The notes under the pieces were generated by a model that saw only the letters and a list, made by a program, of their open reading frames with translations, was not told the origin of the DNA and did not search any database. Both the position numbers and the translations under genes were made by a program. Below, piece after piece: positions 23,547-37,042 of a stretch of DNA of 64,000 nucleotides. How positions within the stretch are numbered: the first letter of the stretch is position 1; each line of letters starts with the position of its first letter. The stretch is from Callorhinchus milii (Eukaryota). The DNA is taken from assembly GCF_018977255.1 (NCBI RefSeq), contig NW_024704743.1:10046001-10110000 (forward strand). Direction: 5' to 3'.

Positions 23547-24429
23547 CTGTTAATCTGCAGACCCAAATCCTAAAAGTAGGATGATCCTAGCTGGCCAAAC
23601 AGTGGGAAGCCTACCAGATAATTCTCACGATGGTAAGTATGAGGTTTTAGATGGTTAAACTCCAGGAGTACTCCAACACACACTCTGGGGTCCCCAAGCC
23701 TTGGCTTTTGCCAAACTGTGCCGAATACTCTCTGGAATTAGGTCAGAAGGGTGTGTGCCTCCAGGGAGAGAGTACAGATTCCATTCCAGACGCAGGGAAA
23801 TTTCCATGTATAGGTGGCGTACACAATCCTTACAATAGTACTTCCATTTTGTATGGCACCTTTAACATAGGGAGGATGTCTTAAAGCACTTCACATCCTA
23901 CACTGTGAGTTACAATGTATTTTGTAGGCGAATACAGTAGCTGATTTGGCCAGGACATAATGCGAGAACTCTCAGTCTTGTTTGGATACGCCTAAGCATG
24001 TGATGGGTTTTTGGTGTGTGTCAGACCACAAAAAAGACAGGCTGCTGAACCACGAACACAGCCTTGGATTACAACAGATCTGCATAGGTTGAATCATTGG
24101 AGCCATTTCAATCACTGGGAGACTCCACATACTTGCTACCTTTTTTTTTCAGGAGGATATCTTTGAATGTGGTGTTCATCATGTTGATCCAAAAAGCTAC
24201 AGAGCTGACTGGACTCACCAGGATTCAAATGTAAAACCATTTGGCGCCAAATGTGGTGTTCATCAAATTGATCTACCTCAATGTTACAATTCATTTTGAT
24301 GACAGTAAGAATTTATGAATGAATGAATTATTTATAATCCTTAGGGATGGGCGCAGACTGAAAATCAACAAATACTCCAGAGATTTCTGTGATGCTAAGA
24401 ACAGGATGGAGGGAATATTGCCTGAATAT

Positions 24430-24885
24430 AACAACAACAAAAACAACAACACGCATTGATATAGCGCTCAGCATATCAGAAAAACTCCTTCATAGGACAG
24501 GGGGGAGGTACGAGGGGAGAGGGAGGTGGCCATACCCTTGTTCAAAGCGGGAGGACTTGGGGTGGGGCTTAAAGACAGAAAGAGAGGGGGTGAAGAGGGT
24601 GTGGTAGAAGGAGGGAGTTAGGGATGTGGAAACTGAAGGCTTGGCACCAATGGTAGCGTGGAGAGAACAGGGACATGCAACAAGTCTGCGTTAGTTGAGC
24701 AGAGGGGGTGGGCAGAGAGATAGGAGGAGATCAAAGAGATAAGGGATTGCCAGGGAGAGGATTAATTTGTAGGTGATGACCTTGAAATCAATCAGCTGGG
24801 TGACAGGGAGCCAATGGAGACTGACGATGGCTTGGGTGATCGGTGTATGGATGCATGGTGGAATTTCGGAGGAGTTGCAGTTTGT
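24430..24885 (-). mobile_element. Old L2 3' fragment
   Basis: Minus frame HTPITQAIVSLHWLPVTQLIDFK, with a (CAA)n tail. Confidence 0.75.
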
Positions 24886-25228
24886 GAACAGAAGCTTCCT
24901 TCCCAGTTCAAGAAACATCCCCCTGGCTCCCACCCACCAGCACTTCGAAATGTCCTCCCGATGTGAAAGCCACTGTATAAACATACCTTGTATTCTATTG
25001 TAATTGTAGAGATGTGGGCAAGGATGAATATTTCAGGGGTTTTGGAGTTCGCAGAGTATGTAAACAATATTCTCCCCCCTCCCCCCCCATACACACTCTG
25101 CCTTAGGAATGAAGTCCAAGATAAGAAAGAACTTTGGTGACTTTGGAGAGAGTGGACTTGATGGCTGAATGACCTGTTCCCAATTCATGCTTTTTTACAT
25201 TCTTAAGTAAGTCCACACAATTTATATG

Positions 25229-25584
25229 TTTGTCCTGTAGCTCAGTTATTAGAGCACTCGCCTTGCAAGCGAGAGTTCTGGGTTCTATTGCCGGAAGGGC
25301 GAAATGTTGGGCAAGTTTCACACTCCACACACCTCTATTTACCTAGCAGTAAGTAGGAACCTGGTTGTTAGTTGATTGGCAGATCGCTTTTCTGAGGATA
25401 ATAATCCTTAAAAAAATAATAATTTGGCTCCTCAATCCACAACTGGACACTGCTGTGTGCAATTGGCTGCTGGATTTCGCTCACAAATATACAGTCAATT
25501 ACTTTACAGTATATTCTGTGAAGCGCTTTGAGATGTCTAGAAGGTGTGAAAAGTGCTATATCAAATCCAAAGATTATTATTATT
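25229..25584 (+). mobile_element. tRNA-derived SINE, long form
   Basis: gtcctgtagctcagttattagagcactcgccttgcaagcgag head through (ATT)n. Confidence 0.9.
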
Positions 25585-27504
25585 TATCCCATTCAAAACT
25601 TTGAAGTGCTGCATATGCCGCTTCAATGCCCTTTTTTCCAATGCCCTCTTTTCACCTTAGCAAACCTCTCTCTACTTGTAACTTTGAGCTCTTTATCCTA
25701 GACCTATGTTCATTTACAAGTATCATGTGTGTAATATGTTGCTTTAGTTGCATTTCCAGCCTCTACTGGAAGGTCTGGGAAAGTTCTCTGGTGATACTAC
25801 AATTCACAGTCAATCCTGGTAAAGCATTTTGAGACATTTCAATGACATGATAAGGCTCTATTTCAATAACAATCGTTAAATTAAAGTTAAATTAAATTTA
25901 ATTAGATTAATTAAATCCATACCCCCATCATACTAGTTCTAGCCAGGTATAATATATAACATACTTCCTCTATCCCTCCAACCTGCTCCCTCCTTCTGCG
26001 TGAGGAGCACTATATCAATCCAAGTTGTTGTTACATTAAAAAATCTTTATTGTTCACCTGAACAGGCAGATGGGACCTCGATTTAATGTATTCTCCGAAG
26101 GTCAGCACCTCCAACTACCCAGCGTTCCCCTGGCTCTGCACTGAATAAATAAATATATATATATGGAGAGAGAGAGAGAATATTGCTGTCACTGTAAATT
26201 GAGCTCAGTCTATGAGAAAGGGGTTAACAGCTCACACTCCTGTGGAACTGAATGAAATTAATTGGCATCCTGTTCTTCCCTGGCTGAACTTGTTCTGTAA
26301 CTGCAAATCCGCAGCAGCAGGCAAACCCTGCATTTTTGCAATCAATTATCTGCATTGTAAACACCCTCAGTGGCCCGTAGCCTGCTCTCAACAAACCTGT
26401 TCCCTCCAGGAGGGGCTTTGTGTTTGCAGAGCTCTGATGTTGACCAATCCTTCCCCTTCCCCCCAGCTTGGTGCAGATGCTGAATGCTCTCACATGTAGG
26501 TATGTCTGTTCCCATGGTGCCTCACAGGCCGAACAATAACTCTCAGCTACTGTCTTTCAACAATAAGCAGCAGCAGGCAGCTGAATAGGAAACTTTAGCT
26601 TCACAGATTGGAACAATTACAGAACTTGGCTGTGTAAAACATGACAGGATGGACTCAAATTAACCAGAAAAAATGCAGTCTCACCCCACAGATAGAAAGT
26701 GTAGTTTGTGGTTTGATCAGAAACTGAACTGGGACTTGTTCTGGATGATAACATCAAGAGTTAGTCTGCCTGGTCCAATGAAAACAGGTTAAATAAATTA
26801 CCTCATTTATCACATTTGCTGGATAATGCCATTTGCTTAATGCTTCATGAGGTCAAACGATGGCCAGCTAATGTGGGACAACAGCCAACGTCGCTGTAAG
26901 TTTATCCACTAAGTGTAAAATTAGGCTACATGTATAAAATTTCCAGATTAAAAGACAAAATTCTAGCTACGCTCATCATATTCTGTCTAGTCAACAGCTG
27001 CTGTGGAGAAGTATTGGTGAGCATTTCAATGGCTTATACAATGAACCATTGCTTTACAGGGAAGAATATTTTTCAGCTCTGTCTGATAATATTTTGGAAT
27101 CTATATTCCCTGGCAGGGCCAAACCGTAGGCAAGTTTCTTTTCTCTCTGTCTACCTAGCAGTGAGTAGGAACTTGTTTGTTAGTCAATTGGCAAATTGCT
27201 TTCCAGAGGTAATAATCCCTTACAAAAAAATTTGGTCCCTGAATCCATGACTGCTTGTGGGACACTGCTGTGTGCAATTGGATGCCACATTTTGCCCACA
27301 AAATATGCAGACAATTCAATTTACAATAAATTTTCTGAAGCACTTTGAAATGTCTCAATGACATAATAAGGTGTTATATCAAATGCGAGAATTATTATTA
27401 TGCAATGGATAGAACTCTATTTTCGAGATATGGATTGTCAATGCAGTAACAAACATCAGACATTTCTGAGGAACTTAAGTGGTGGGGTTCCTCAGGGAAT
27501 AGAG

Positions 27505-29215
27505 TGTTGCTGTACTCATCACGAACCAGCTCCTCCGCCCACCCTCTCATGCCTCGCCCATCCTCACCTCAAATACCAACTGCGAGACGATGCTGGACTT
27601 CCTCGAATCCAAAGTCGAGGGAAACTGCTCAGCTGCCTCTGTCACTGCATCTGCTACACCCTCCCCATCTCCCTCTCCCACCCCAGCCCCTATCTATACC
27701 TCCCTCCACTTCTTTGAACCTGTCTCCCCCTCCTCTCTCATCACCATCATACCACACATGAAACTGATCACCTGCTTCCTCGATCCCATCCCTACCCCTC
27801 TCCTTACCTCCCAGCTCTACCTCCTTGCCCCTCTACTCACTGACATAATAAATGCCTCCCTGTCCTCTGGTACTCTTCCCACTCCATTAAAAACCACCGT
27901 CATCACTCCTATCATTAAAAAACCCTCCCTGGACAATTCTCTACTCCCAAACTACCGCCCCATCTCCAACCTCCCTTTCCACTCCAAGGTCTTGGAACGA
28001 GTTGTTGAGAACAGCTTTGCTCCTTCCTCTCCCGCCACGCCCTTCTCGAATCCCTCCAATCGGGTTTCCGTGCCTCCCACAGCACAGAAACAGCCCTGAT
28101 CAAAGGGACAAATGACATTCTGTCCATCTGCAATCAGAGCTCCCTCTGCCTCCTTGTCCTCCTTGACCTCTCTGCTGCCTTTGACATTGTCGACCACTCT
28201 ATCCTCATCCATCGCCTCTCCTCTCACCTCATCCTTCGTGGCTCTGTCCTTGAATGGTTCAGATCGTATCTCTCACACCGCCTCCATTTAATCTCCACAA
28301 ACAGTTTCTCCTCTAGTCCCCGCACCGTCTTGTGTGGCGTTCCTCATGGCCTTGCTCCTCTTCAATATCTATATGCTCCCTCTTGATGACATCATCCACA
28401 GACATGGGGTCAACTTCCAAATGTATGCGGATGACACCCAACTCTACCCCTCTGCTTCCACCCTTAACTGCAGAACCCATGCTGTCCTGACAGAATGTCT
28501 GTCGGACATCAAGTCCTGGATGAGAGCTAACTTTCTTCAGTTGAACGTCAGCAAGACTGAGGCTCTCCTGATTGGCTCACGTCAACGCCTCCACACCTCA
28601 GGCGTCACCATCCATGGTTGCACACTCCACTCCACCTTGCTAAGCCAGTCCAGAACCTTGTTTGACCCTCAACTATCCTTTCTACCCCACATCTGCACGA
28701 TGACCTGCTCTCCCTTCCCCCACCTCCGCAACATCGCCCGGCTCTGCCACTGTCTCACACCTCAGGCCGCCGAAACCCTCATACGTGCTTTCATTACATC
28801 GAGGCTCGACTATGCAAACTAATTGCTTGTCGACCTCCTCAACTCCTCCCTCCACAGGCTGCAGATCATCCAGAACTCTGCAACTTGTGTCCTCTCCTGC
28901 ACTAGGCTCTGTGACCCTATCACCCCCATCCTCCCCCAACTCTACTGGCTTCCCATCTTACAAAGGATACAGTTCAAGATCCTGGTCCTCACCTTCACAG
29001 CCCTCCAAGGTCTTGCTCACCCTACCTTCGCAACCTCCTGACCCCCTACCATCCTGCTCGCTCCCTCCACTCAGCGGACTCCGGCCTGCTTCATGTCCCC
29101 CGCCTTGCTCACCCCAATAATGGCAGGCGGGCCTTCTGTCACTCTTCCCCCACCCTCTCGAACTCCATCCCACAGTCCCTCCGCCTCACCCCCTCCCTTG
29201 CCACCTTCAAGACCC
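27505..29215 (+). mobile_element. Older L2 LINE fragment (tether + RT), frameshifted
   Basis: [38 protein letters not shown] and LYWLP motifs spread over several frames. Confidence 0.93.
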
Positions 29216-32078
29216 ATCCGTTTCTTGGACTTGGAATGCTTATGAGGAAAGGCTACCAAACTGATAGCTAGAATTAGGCAGATGAGTTGCAAGAATAGGC
29301 TACAGAAGCTGAGAATTTTCGCTCAGGAGAAGAGAAGACTTAATAATAATAATCCTTCGATTTGGTATAGCGCCTTTAACAATAACTACAACAAATTACA
29401 ATTGTATAGCACCTTTAGCAACAACAACAAATTACAATTGTATAGCGCCTTTAGCAACAACAACAAATTACATTTGTATAGCGCCTTTCACATTGGGAAG
29501 ACGTTCCATGAGGCTGGGTAGTCTAGGATTTGGACCCGAGATGGGAGTTGGGATCAGGAGGGGTGGAGGACAGGGAGGGTAGGGGTAGATGGGGAGAGTC
29601 TTGAGATGGTTCTTGACGGAGGTAAGGGAGGGAGAAAGTGCAGTGACTGTTTTGTGGCCCATTTGCACACAGCAGTCGCATAAACAGAAGGGAATGATTT
29701 TATTTGGGGGATTGCTGATCAAGAATTCAAAATACTGAACAATACAGATAGGTGAACACAATAATTTTACATTCATTACACACTTTTCACATTAGGAAGA
29801 CGCATCAAAGAGCTTCACAGAGTTGACTGGGAGACTGAACTGAGCAAATGGGGGGAGGAAAGTGAAATCTAGTTTATGGGGTGGTTATTTTTGAGATGTT
29901 ATAATCTTTTAATTAACATCTGTGTGCTAATTACCTCATTCAAGGCCTGTCTCAAGAACTTCCTTTTCGACTGTGCCTTTCCTCCTCCACTCCCAATTGC
30001 CCTCCATCCCTAACTGATTCCAACGCGCAGCTGGGGCGCAAACCTCTCATTGTCCAGTACCTTGGGATGTCCTTCCATTGTGAAAGGTGTTCTGTAAATG
30101 CAATTTGTTGTTGTTGCCACATGGTATTTAATTTAGTGACCTTTCAATTTTTAATACATTGACTGGTTTATTGGGGGTGCACGTTCACCTCACTCACTCT
30201 CCCCCCCACCATTCCTGCAACACATCTGTCACTCATTGTGTGTGAGAAGCTGGCCATGCTGCATGTTGGATGTTTGGTTAGCAGAATGACTGGTTTGTTC
30301 TATTTTGTCCAACAAAGTCAGAGTAACAAACTGTACAACAAGAAGGCTTGGATCAGTGCCTCAAAGTGGAGGCAGGAAAACACACAGTTTAAATTTAATT
30401 ATTGTACACAGAGAAAAGCATCATCTTGCTTTACTTTGGCACTGAATGAACCACAATGGTGTTTTACAGTTCTATACTCTCCTCTGTTAAGATTAACTAT
30501 AGTTTGACCATTGAACATATGCAACAGAATACCGGTTATTTGCACTCTGGATACTTGCATGCCTAGTTATTTGCTTCAGGATTGAGATGTGGAAGTAAAG
30601 TTGGACTTCGGTGTTGGCGAAATCTTTAGTTGGGTGGATTGTAACAAGGTCCGAGATTTTATTTGAGCAATCCAAAGTGGGAGGGATGCTACCCTGTGTG
30701 AAGGGTGCTATATAAATCCAAGTTGTTGTTGTGGTGGTGCGATCTGATATAGGTAAGTACATAGTTAGAGAAAGAGACTCAGACAAACTCACAGAGCTAG
30801 AAAGAGAGAAATACACTGGATCTCCACACTGTTATCATATCCACAATGGAGTCTATCCAAGTTTGTGTGGATATTGGACTCTTTCCTATACTGTCATATT
30901 TTCCCATTCCATTTAGTCAGTCAAAAAACAAGGGCTAGCTTGCATCAGTAACAATTTCTGACTTTTACTCTATCTTCAGAACCATCCACTCCTTTGAATA
31001 ACATTTACAATTTAAATTATCTATTGACACTGTAAACTCACAGCAGGCAACGCAAAGCATTGGCAAGCACTGTTTTGAGTGTAAGAGTGGATGTAGAGAT
31101 CTTGCACACATGCTTCTGCGTATTTCTTCACTTAGTCATGACTTGTCAAGTAATGAACAGTGCTCCCGCAATTCACGAAGCTTACAGAAACAAGACATAG
31201 GTTCTGCTCTCAACTTTTAAAATAATTGCATTGTCCCATTTTTGATTTATTTTCCTCTTCACTCCTTCCACTCTCCCACATTCATGTTTGATTATTCAAC
31301 AGGATGAATCATTCCTCAGTTGAGGAGAGCTAATGAACCTCCCCTCAGGCCTCCTGAGCTGGCTGCTGGGAGTTAATCATAATATTAATAATCCTTGCCT
31401 TTGGTATTACGCTTTTCACATCAGGAACAAAAAAAATGTGATCACTCAATCCACGACTGTTTGTGCAATTGGCTGCTGCATTTTGCACACAAAATGTACA
31501 GTAAATTCAATTTACAGTATATATTGTGTGCAGTGCTTTGAGACGTCCCACATGTGATAAGATGTTATATCAAATGCAAGGATTATTATTATGTCTCAAA
31601 GCACTTAAAGTGTACTGAAAGTATGTTTTGTGGATGAACATAATTTGCGTGCAGCAATGTCCCAGAAACAGCCACAAAACAAATTGAGTCTCACTGATAC
31701 AATTCAATTCCACAATACAATTTGCACTTACACAGTGTTTGGGCACCCAAACCAGGAGCGAGGCGGAGGTAAGGGTGTAACGGAAAGATGAACAAAGTCA
31801 AGAAAGAGGTAAGTCTTGAGGCAGGCTTTGCAAGTGGGGTGGGAGTGGGCAAGCTGGAGGGAACTGATAGAGTTCCAGCTTTCAGCAATGTGCAGAATGG
31901 CTTAAAGCTAACCACTGATGGTGAGGTGCATTGTTGGGAGCTGGAGACATACAGTTGTAGGTGTGAACCTATACCCCATAAAAAAGGGCATCTTTTAATA
32001 TATAACAATTCCTTTACATTTTATTGCTATTTTATAACTCTATTGAGGATTAGTCATAATTAGTCATCATAGTCATAA

Positions 32079-32387
32079 TGTGGAGTCTTGTAGCTCAGTG
32101 GTTAGAGCACTCGCTTTGCAAGCGAAAGACCTGAGTTCAATTCCAGGCAGAGTCCGAAACCTTGGGCAAGTTTCCTTACTCCACACAGAGCCTAATAATA
32201 ATCCCTCCAAAACCAAAAACAATAATAAATTGGTCATTTTTAATCTACGACTGTTTGTGGGACATTGCTGTGTGCAATTGGCTGCCGCGTTTGCCCACAA
32301 ATATACAGTCAATTCACTTTACAGTGTGTTCTGTGAAGCGCTTTGGGACGTCCTCCCAACGTGAAAAACGCTATATCAAATGCAAGG

Positions 32388-32420
<33 letters not shown>

Positions 32421-32626
32421 ATCCCTCCCAAACCAAAAACAATAATAAATATTGGGCATTTTCAATCTACGACTGTTTGTGGGACATTGCTGTGCGCAAT
32501 TGGCTGCCGTGTTCGCCCACAAATATACAGTCAATTCACTTTACAGTGTGTTCTGTGAAGCACTTTGGGACGTCTTCCCAACGTGAAAAGCGCTACATCA
32601 AATGCAAGGATTATTATTATTATTAT
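32079..32626 (+). mobile_element. tRNA-derived SINE with tandemly duplicated body and tail
   Basis: One head followed by two near-identical ataatccctcc...aaggattatt units. Confidence 0.92.
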
Positions 32627-32882
32627 AATAAAGTAGTGGGAGTATTGTTTCATGCTATAAGGGTTGGTAGGGCTCTTGCCTCTGAGTCTGAAAGTTGTGG
32701 GTACAAGTCCACATTGGGACTTATCGCCCAGGCTGACACTTCAGTGCAGTGCTTGGGGATTGCTGCATTGTCAGAATAATATCCTTCAGTCTACCAGATA
32801 AAATTGGGCATTCGCTTCATGGCTGTTTTTGAGAAATTGCTATGTGCAAATTGGCTGCTGTGTTTGTCCACAAATATACATT

Positions 32883-33460
32883 CAACAACAGCAACAACTT
32901 GCATTTATATAGCACCTCTCATGCAGTGAAACGTCCCAGAGCACTTGACAGTGGCGAAGCATGGTCCACTAGAACGGTTTTCAGGCGAGACCTGAAAATG
33001 GGGAAGGAAGGGGCAAGGTGGAGGAATAGAGGAAGAGTGTTCCAGAGTTTCGGGGTGTAGTGGCTGAAAGCGCTGTCACCAATAGTAGAACAGAAGGCAT
33101 GGGGGTGTGAGTTGGGGGGTAAGTGGATCGGAAAGGTATGGAGGTGCCAGGGCATGAAGGGATTTGAAAACTAATGTGAGGATCTTGAAATCGACCCGTT
33201 TGGTGATGGGGAGCCAGTGGAGTTTGGCTAGAACAAGTGTGATGGGGATACAGGGTTGAGTAGGGCGGCGGAAGTTTGGATCAGCTGGATCCTGCGCATG
33301 ATGGAGTTTGGGAGTCCGATAAAGACGGAAGTCTAGTCGGGAGGTGACGAACGCATGTCAGAGTGTTTTGGCTGCATCTGGGATAAGGTACAGTCAGAGT
33401 CGGGCATTGTGGCGGAGGTGGAGGAAGGTGGTCCTGGTCAGGGACCAGATGTGGGGAAGG
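32883..33460 (-). mobile_element. Old L2 3' fragment
   Basis: (CAA)n tail, and the minus frame reads STIGDSAFSHYTPKLWNTLP. Confidence 0.85.
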
Positions 33461-34134
33461 AAAGACAGCTTCCTTACACTTTACAGTAAAAATCCTGTGA
33501 AATGCTTTGAGTTGTTTTGATGATGTGATAAGGTGCAGCATCAAAGGAAAGGATTATTATTGTAATAATTAGATTTGATATAAGGCCTTTCACGTTAGGA
33601 GGACATCTCAAAGAGTTTTGCAGGACATACTGTAGAGTGTATTTGTAGGCAAATATGGCAGGCAATTTGTACACAGCGATGCTCCACAAACAGCCATGAA
33701 GTGAATGAACAGATCCGGGTGTCTTACTATTATTTACGATATGCCCTTTATTTTCAAGAGAAGCTGCTTTTTAGACAGTCCTAATGTTTGTTTACCTGTA
33801 CTGACATCAGAATATAGGAATGTAGGAAAAGGAGTAGTCTTTTTTGGTCCAAAAAGGTTCCTCTGCCATTTTATGAGTGCATGGCAACTCCTTATCTCTC
33901 TAATCTCATCTCCTTCTTTCTCTTTGGAGTGCAAAAATGTGATGTGATAATTCTGAAAATCATCACATCTCCTACAGCACCATTTAATCTTCCATCTCTT
34001 AATATCCTTAACTTGCAAAGTATCTCTCTTTTAAATGCCTCAGTTTATTCTGGAATTAAGGCCCTCTACAATGCATTTCACATTCTCACAATGCTTTGTA
34101 TAAGAAATGCTTTCTGTCTCATCTTTAACTAGCT

Positions 34135-34530
34135 TAGAAACATAGAAATCTAAAATGCAGAAGGAAACCATTTGGCCCATCAAGTCTGAACTGGCTCACA
34201 GAGCAAGGAGATTACTTCAGTCCCATTGCCCTGCCGTATCTCCATATTTGGCCCAGGACACAAAGAAAAACTGAAACTGAAAAACTGAAAAAACCATATC
34301 CCTTCAAGATCCTCCCTTTCCTATGATTGTCTATTTCCCTCTTGAAAGTTACAATAGACTCTGTGTTCGCCACCCTAATGGACAGGCCATTCCGCACCCC
34401 AACAATTCTCTGGGTGAAAAATTTCCTCCCAAGTTCTCCTTTTGCTGTTCTTCAGGCTATCATAGCTATATCTCCTTTTCACCGATTTCCCTATCAAGGG
34501 AAATTACTTCTCCCTATTTACCCTGACAGG
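34135..34530 (-). mobile_element. CR1-type 3' end remnant (related copies near 5705-5965, 46620-46710, 51545-51615)
   Basis: tagaaacatagaaatcta..gcagaaggaaaccatttggcccatcaag tail shared among the copies. Confidence 0.65.
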
Positions 34531-36292
34531 CCGACCACAGCTTAACATCTCATACCAAGCACAGCATCACTGACATTGCAATGCATCTCCAACAGTGTAT
34601 TGAAGTATCAGGCTAACCAGTGAATTCAAAATCTTAATGTCAGGTTTGAACTCACAACCTTTTGACTGAGAGGCAGGAGTGCAACCAATTGAGCCAAGGC
34701 TGACACACAAATGATTACATTGATTTTGCTCGTGCTATGGATGTCAAATCTCTGCATGAGCAATTCCATCCGATTTCTTTGCATTGCAGAAATCTCCCAA
34801 CTGTCATAAAGTTCAATTGCTTCTGTGCCTACAATGCTTGGAAACACTGCACAGTGGTGCTTCTTAGGTTTCTCAGAAACCCTGTGGCTATTGCACATAT
34901 CTCAAACTCCCTCTTGGCTCTTTTCCAATTGTCTTTGAAGTTCCCACACAATTGCAAACTATGTGTTTTTTTGATATATAATAATGGCAATTCTTGCATT
35001 TGATGTAGCACCTTTCACGTCGAGAGGATGTCTCAAAGCATTTCACAGGATTCATTCTAATAGGTTATTGACTGTGTATTTTGTAAGTGAACATGGCAGC
35101 CAATTTACACATAGTATTGTATTGTTCTCCAACAGCTGTGAAGTGAATTATAATTTTATTTGGGGAATTGTTAGCCAGAACACCGGGAAAAATTTCCTTC
35201 ACGTTTCAAACAACCACATGAAATCTTTTATCAGGAGAGGTGGAGAAGGTAAGATGACCTGAGGTGCAGTCAAAGAGGTAGGTTTTAAGGTAGGACTTAA
35301 AGACAGATAGAAAGGAGCAAGATAAAAGTGTAACAGAAGGAGTTCTAGAACATTAGGGGCATGATCACAGCCTCTGTTTTGGGAAGGATATGAGATTATT
35401 TCAGTTTTTCTTTGTGTCCTGGGCCAAATAATGTACTTTTATAGCGCCTTAAAATCTTAAAGTACTGTATCATGTGTAGCGACTATTTTTATACACAAAC
35501 ATGATATTTGTACACAAGGTCCCACAAATACCAATGAGGTGATTGAACAATAAATGTAAAGAGTTATTGGCTGGGACACTGGGAGAAACTCACGTCCTTT
35601 TTGGAATAATGCCATGTGATCTTTATTGTCTGACTGAGAGAAAGCAGATGAAAGCTCAATTTATTATTTGATCTGAAGGACGGCACCTCACAAAATGCAA
35701 GGCTTCCCCAGTACCGCACTCAAATGTCAGTCTGGATTATTCAAGTTCCAACATCCGGCATCAGATTATAATCTTGTGACTCATTCATGAGGCTCAGTGA
35801 GCTAGGCTGATACATGTTACTCTTTGCTGTTAAGTGAGTGCTGTCAGAAATTACATGTTTGTGGACGTTGGGTGAGGCCATGTTTGAGTGAGATGTGACA
35901 TGCCCATGAATAACATCATAAAGCTCACTGTTCACATTTGTAAGTATTGAATGGACCCATTGGCCAGGATTTGGATGGGATGGCTGCCAGATACATGGAA
36001 GTCCAGAGGGAGTCACTGAATAATAATAATCCTTGCATCTTGACATTTGATATCATGTCTGATCATGTCATTAAGACATCTCAAAGCTTCACAGGATTGT
36101 AAAGTGTAGTCAATGTGTACTTTATAGGCAAACACAGCAACTAATTTTCTTGCAACAGTGTCCCACAAACAGCCATGAAGTGAATCACCAATTTGATTTT
36201 GGGGGATTATTAGCCAGAATATCGGGAAAACTCCCTTCTCTTTCTGAATAGTGCCTTGGATCTTTAACATTCACCTGAACAAGCAGATAGGA

Positions 36293-36525
36293 CAAAAAGC
36301 AAAATACTGCAGATGCTGGAAATCTGAAATAAAAACAGAAGCCGGTTTATAAAGTTTATAAAGTCCTTATAAAGATGATTATTAGGACTCTTACACTGCT
36401 CCCTTCCAATATCCCCCAGTTCTGATGAAAGGTCATTGATCTGAAACATTAATTCACTTTCCTCTCTCCATAGATGCTCCCTGACCTGCTGAGTGTTACC
36501 AGCAACTTCTTTTTCTATATTATAT
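36293..36525. mobile_element. 233-bp insertion with 12-bp TSD; Penelope-terminal-like, contains a hammerhead motif
   Basis: AAGCAGATAGGA at 36281-36292 and 36526-36537 flanks the insert, which interrupts an old SINE. Confidence 0.75.
36418..36454 (+). ncRNA. Minimal type I hammerhead ribozyme motif (decayed)
   Basis: AGTT-CTGATGA-A-AGGTC/ATT/GATCT-GAAA-CA-TT-AATT: both core boxes, helix II and helix I pairing are present; helix III is minimal. Confidence 0.55.
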
Positions 36526-36650
36526 AAGCAGATAGGATCTCAGTTTAATGTCTCATCCAAAGAACAGGACCTCTGACAATACAGCTCTGCGCCAGCACTG
36601 CATTGAAATGTCAGCCTAGACAGTAAACTCAAGTTCTAATGTGGGGATTG

Positions 36651-37042
36651 AACAACAACAACACATTTCAATAGTATTGCATTTCATATCGAGACAATGT
36701 CCTGGACAGTCAAGGATTTGGACCCGAACGGAGAGTTTGAATCAGGGGGGGTGGAGGACAGGGTCGGTAGGGGTAGGAGGTTGGCAGAATGTGCAGTCAA
36801 AGAGGAGCATGTTGAGACATGCCTTGAAGGAGGCAAGGGAGGGGGTGTGGTGAAGGGATCATGCGATGGAGTTCTAAAGGGGCAGAACGGCTGAAGACCT
36901 GAACACCGATGGTGGGGCGGGATGGGCAGGGTACGTGGAGCAGGCCGCAGCCTGCTGAGTCGAGGGAGTGGCCAGGTCAATATGGCGTTAGTAGGTCACA
37001 AGGCCATGGAGGGCTTTGAAGGCGAGGACGAGAATTTTGAAC
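36651..37042 (-). mobile_element. Old L2 3' fragment
   Basis: (CAA)n tail and similarity to the L2 3' region. Confidence 0.8.

Noticed and set aside
32162..32779. 205-aa ORF with an internal repeat, and the recurrent KCKDYYY peptides
   Set aside because: Translations of SINE body and (ATT)n tails.
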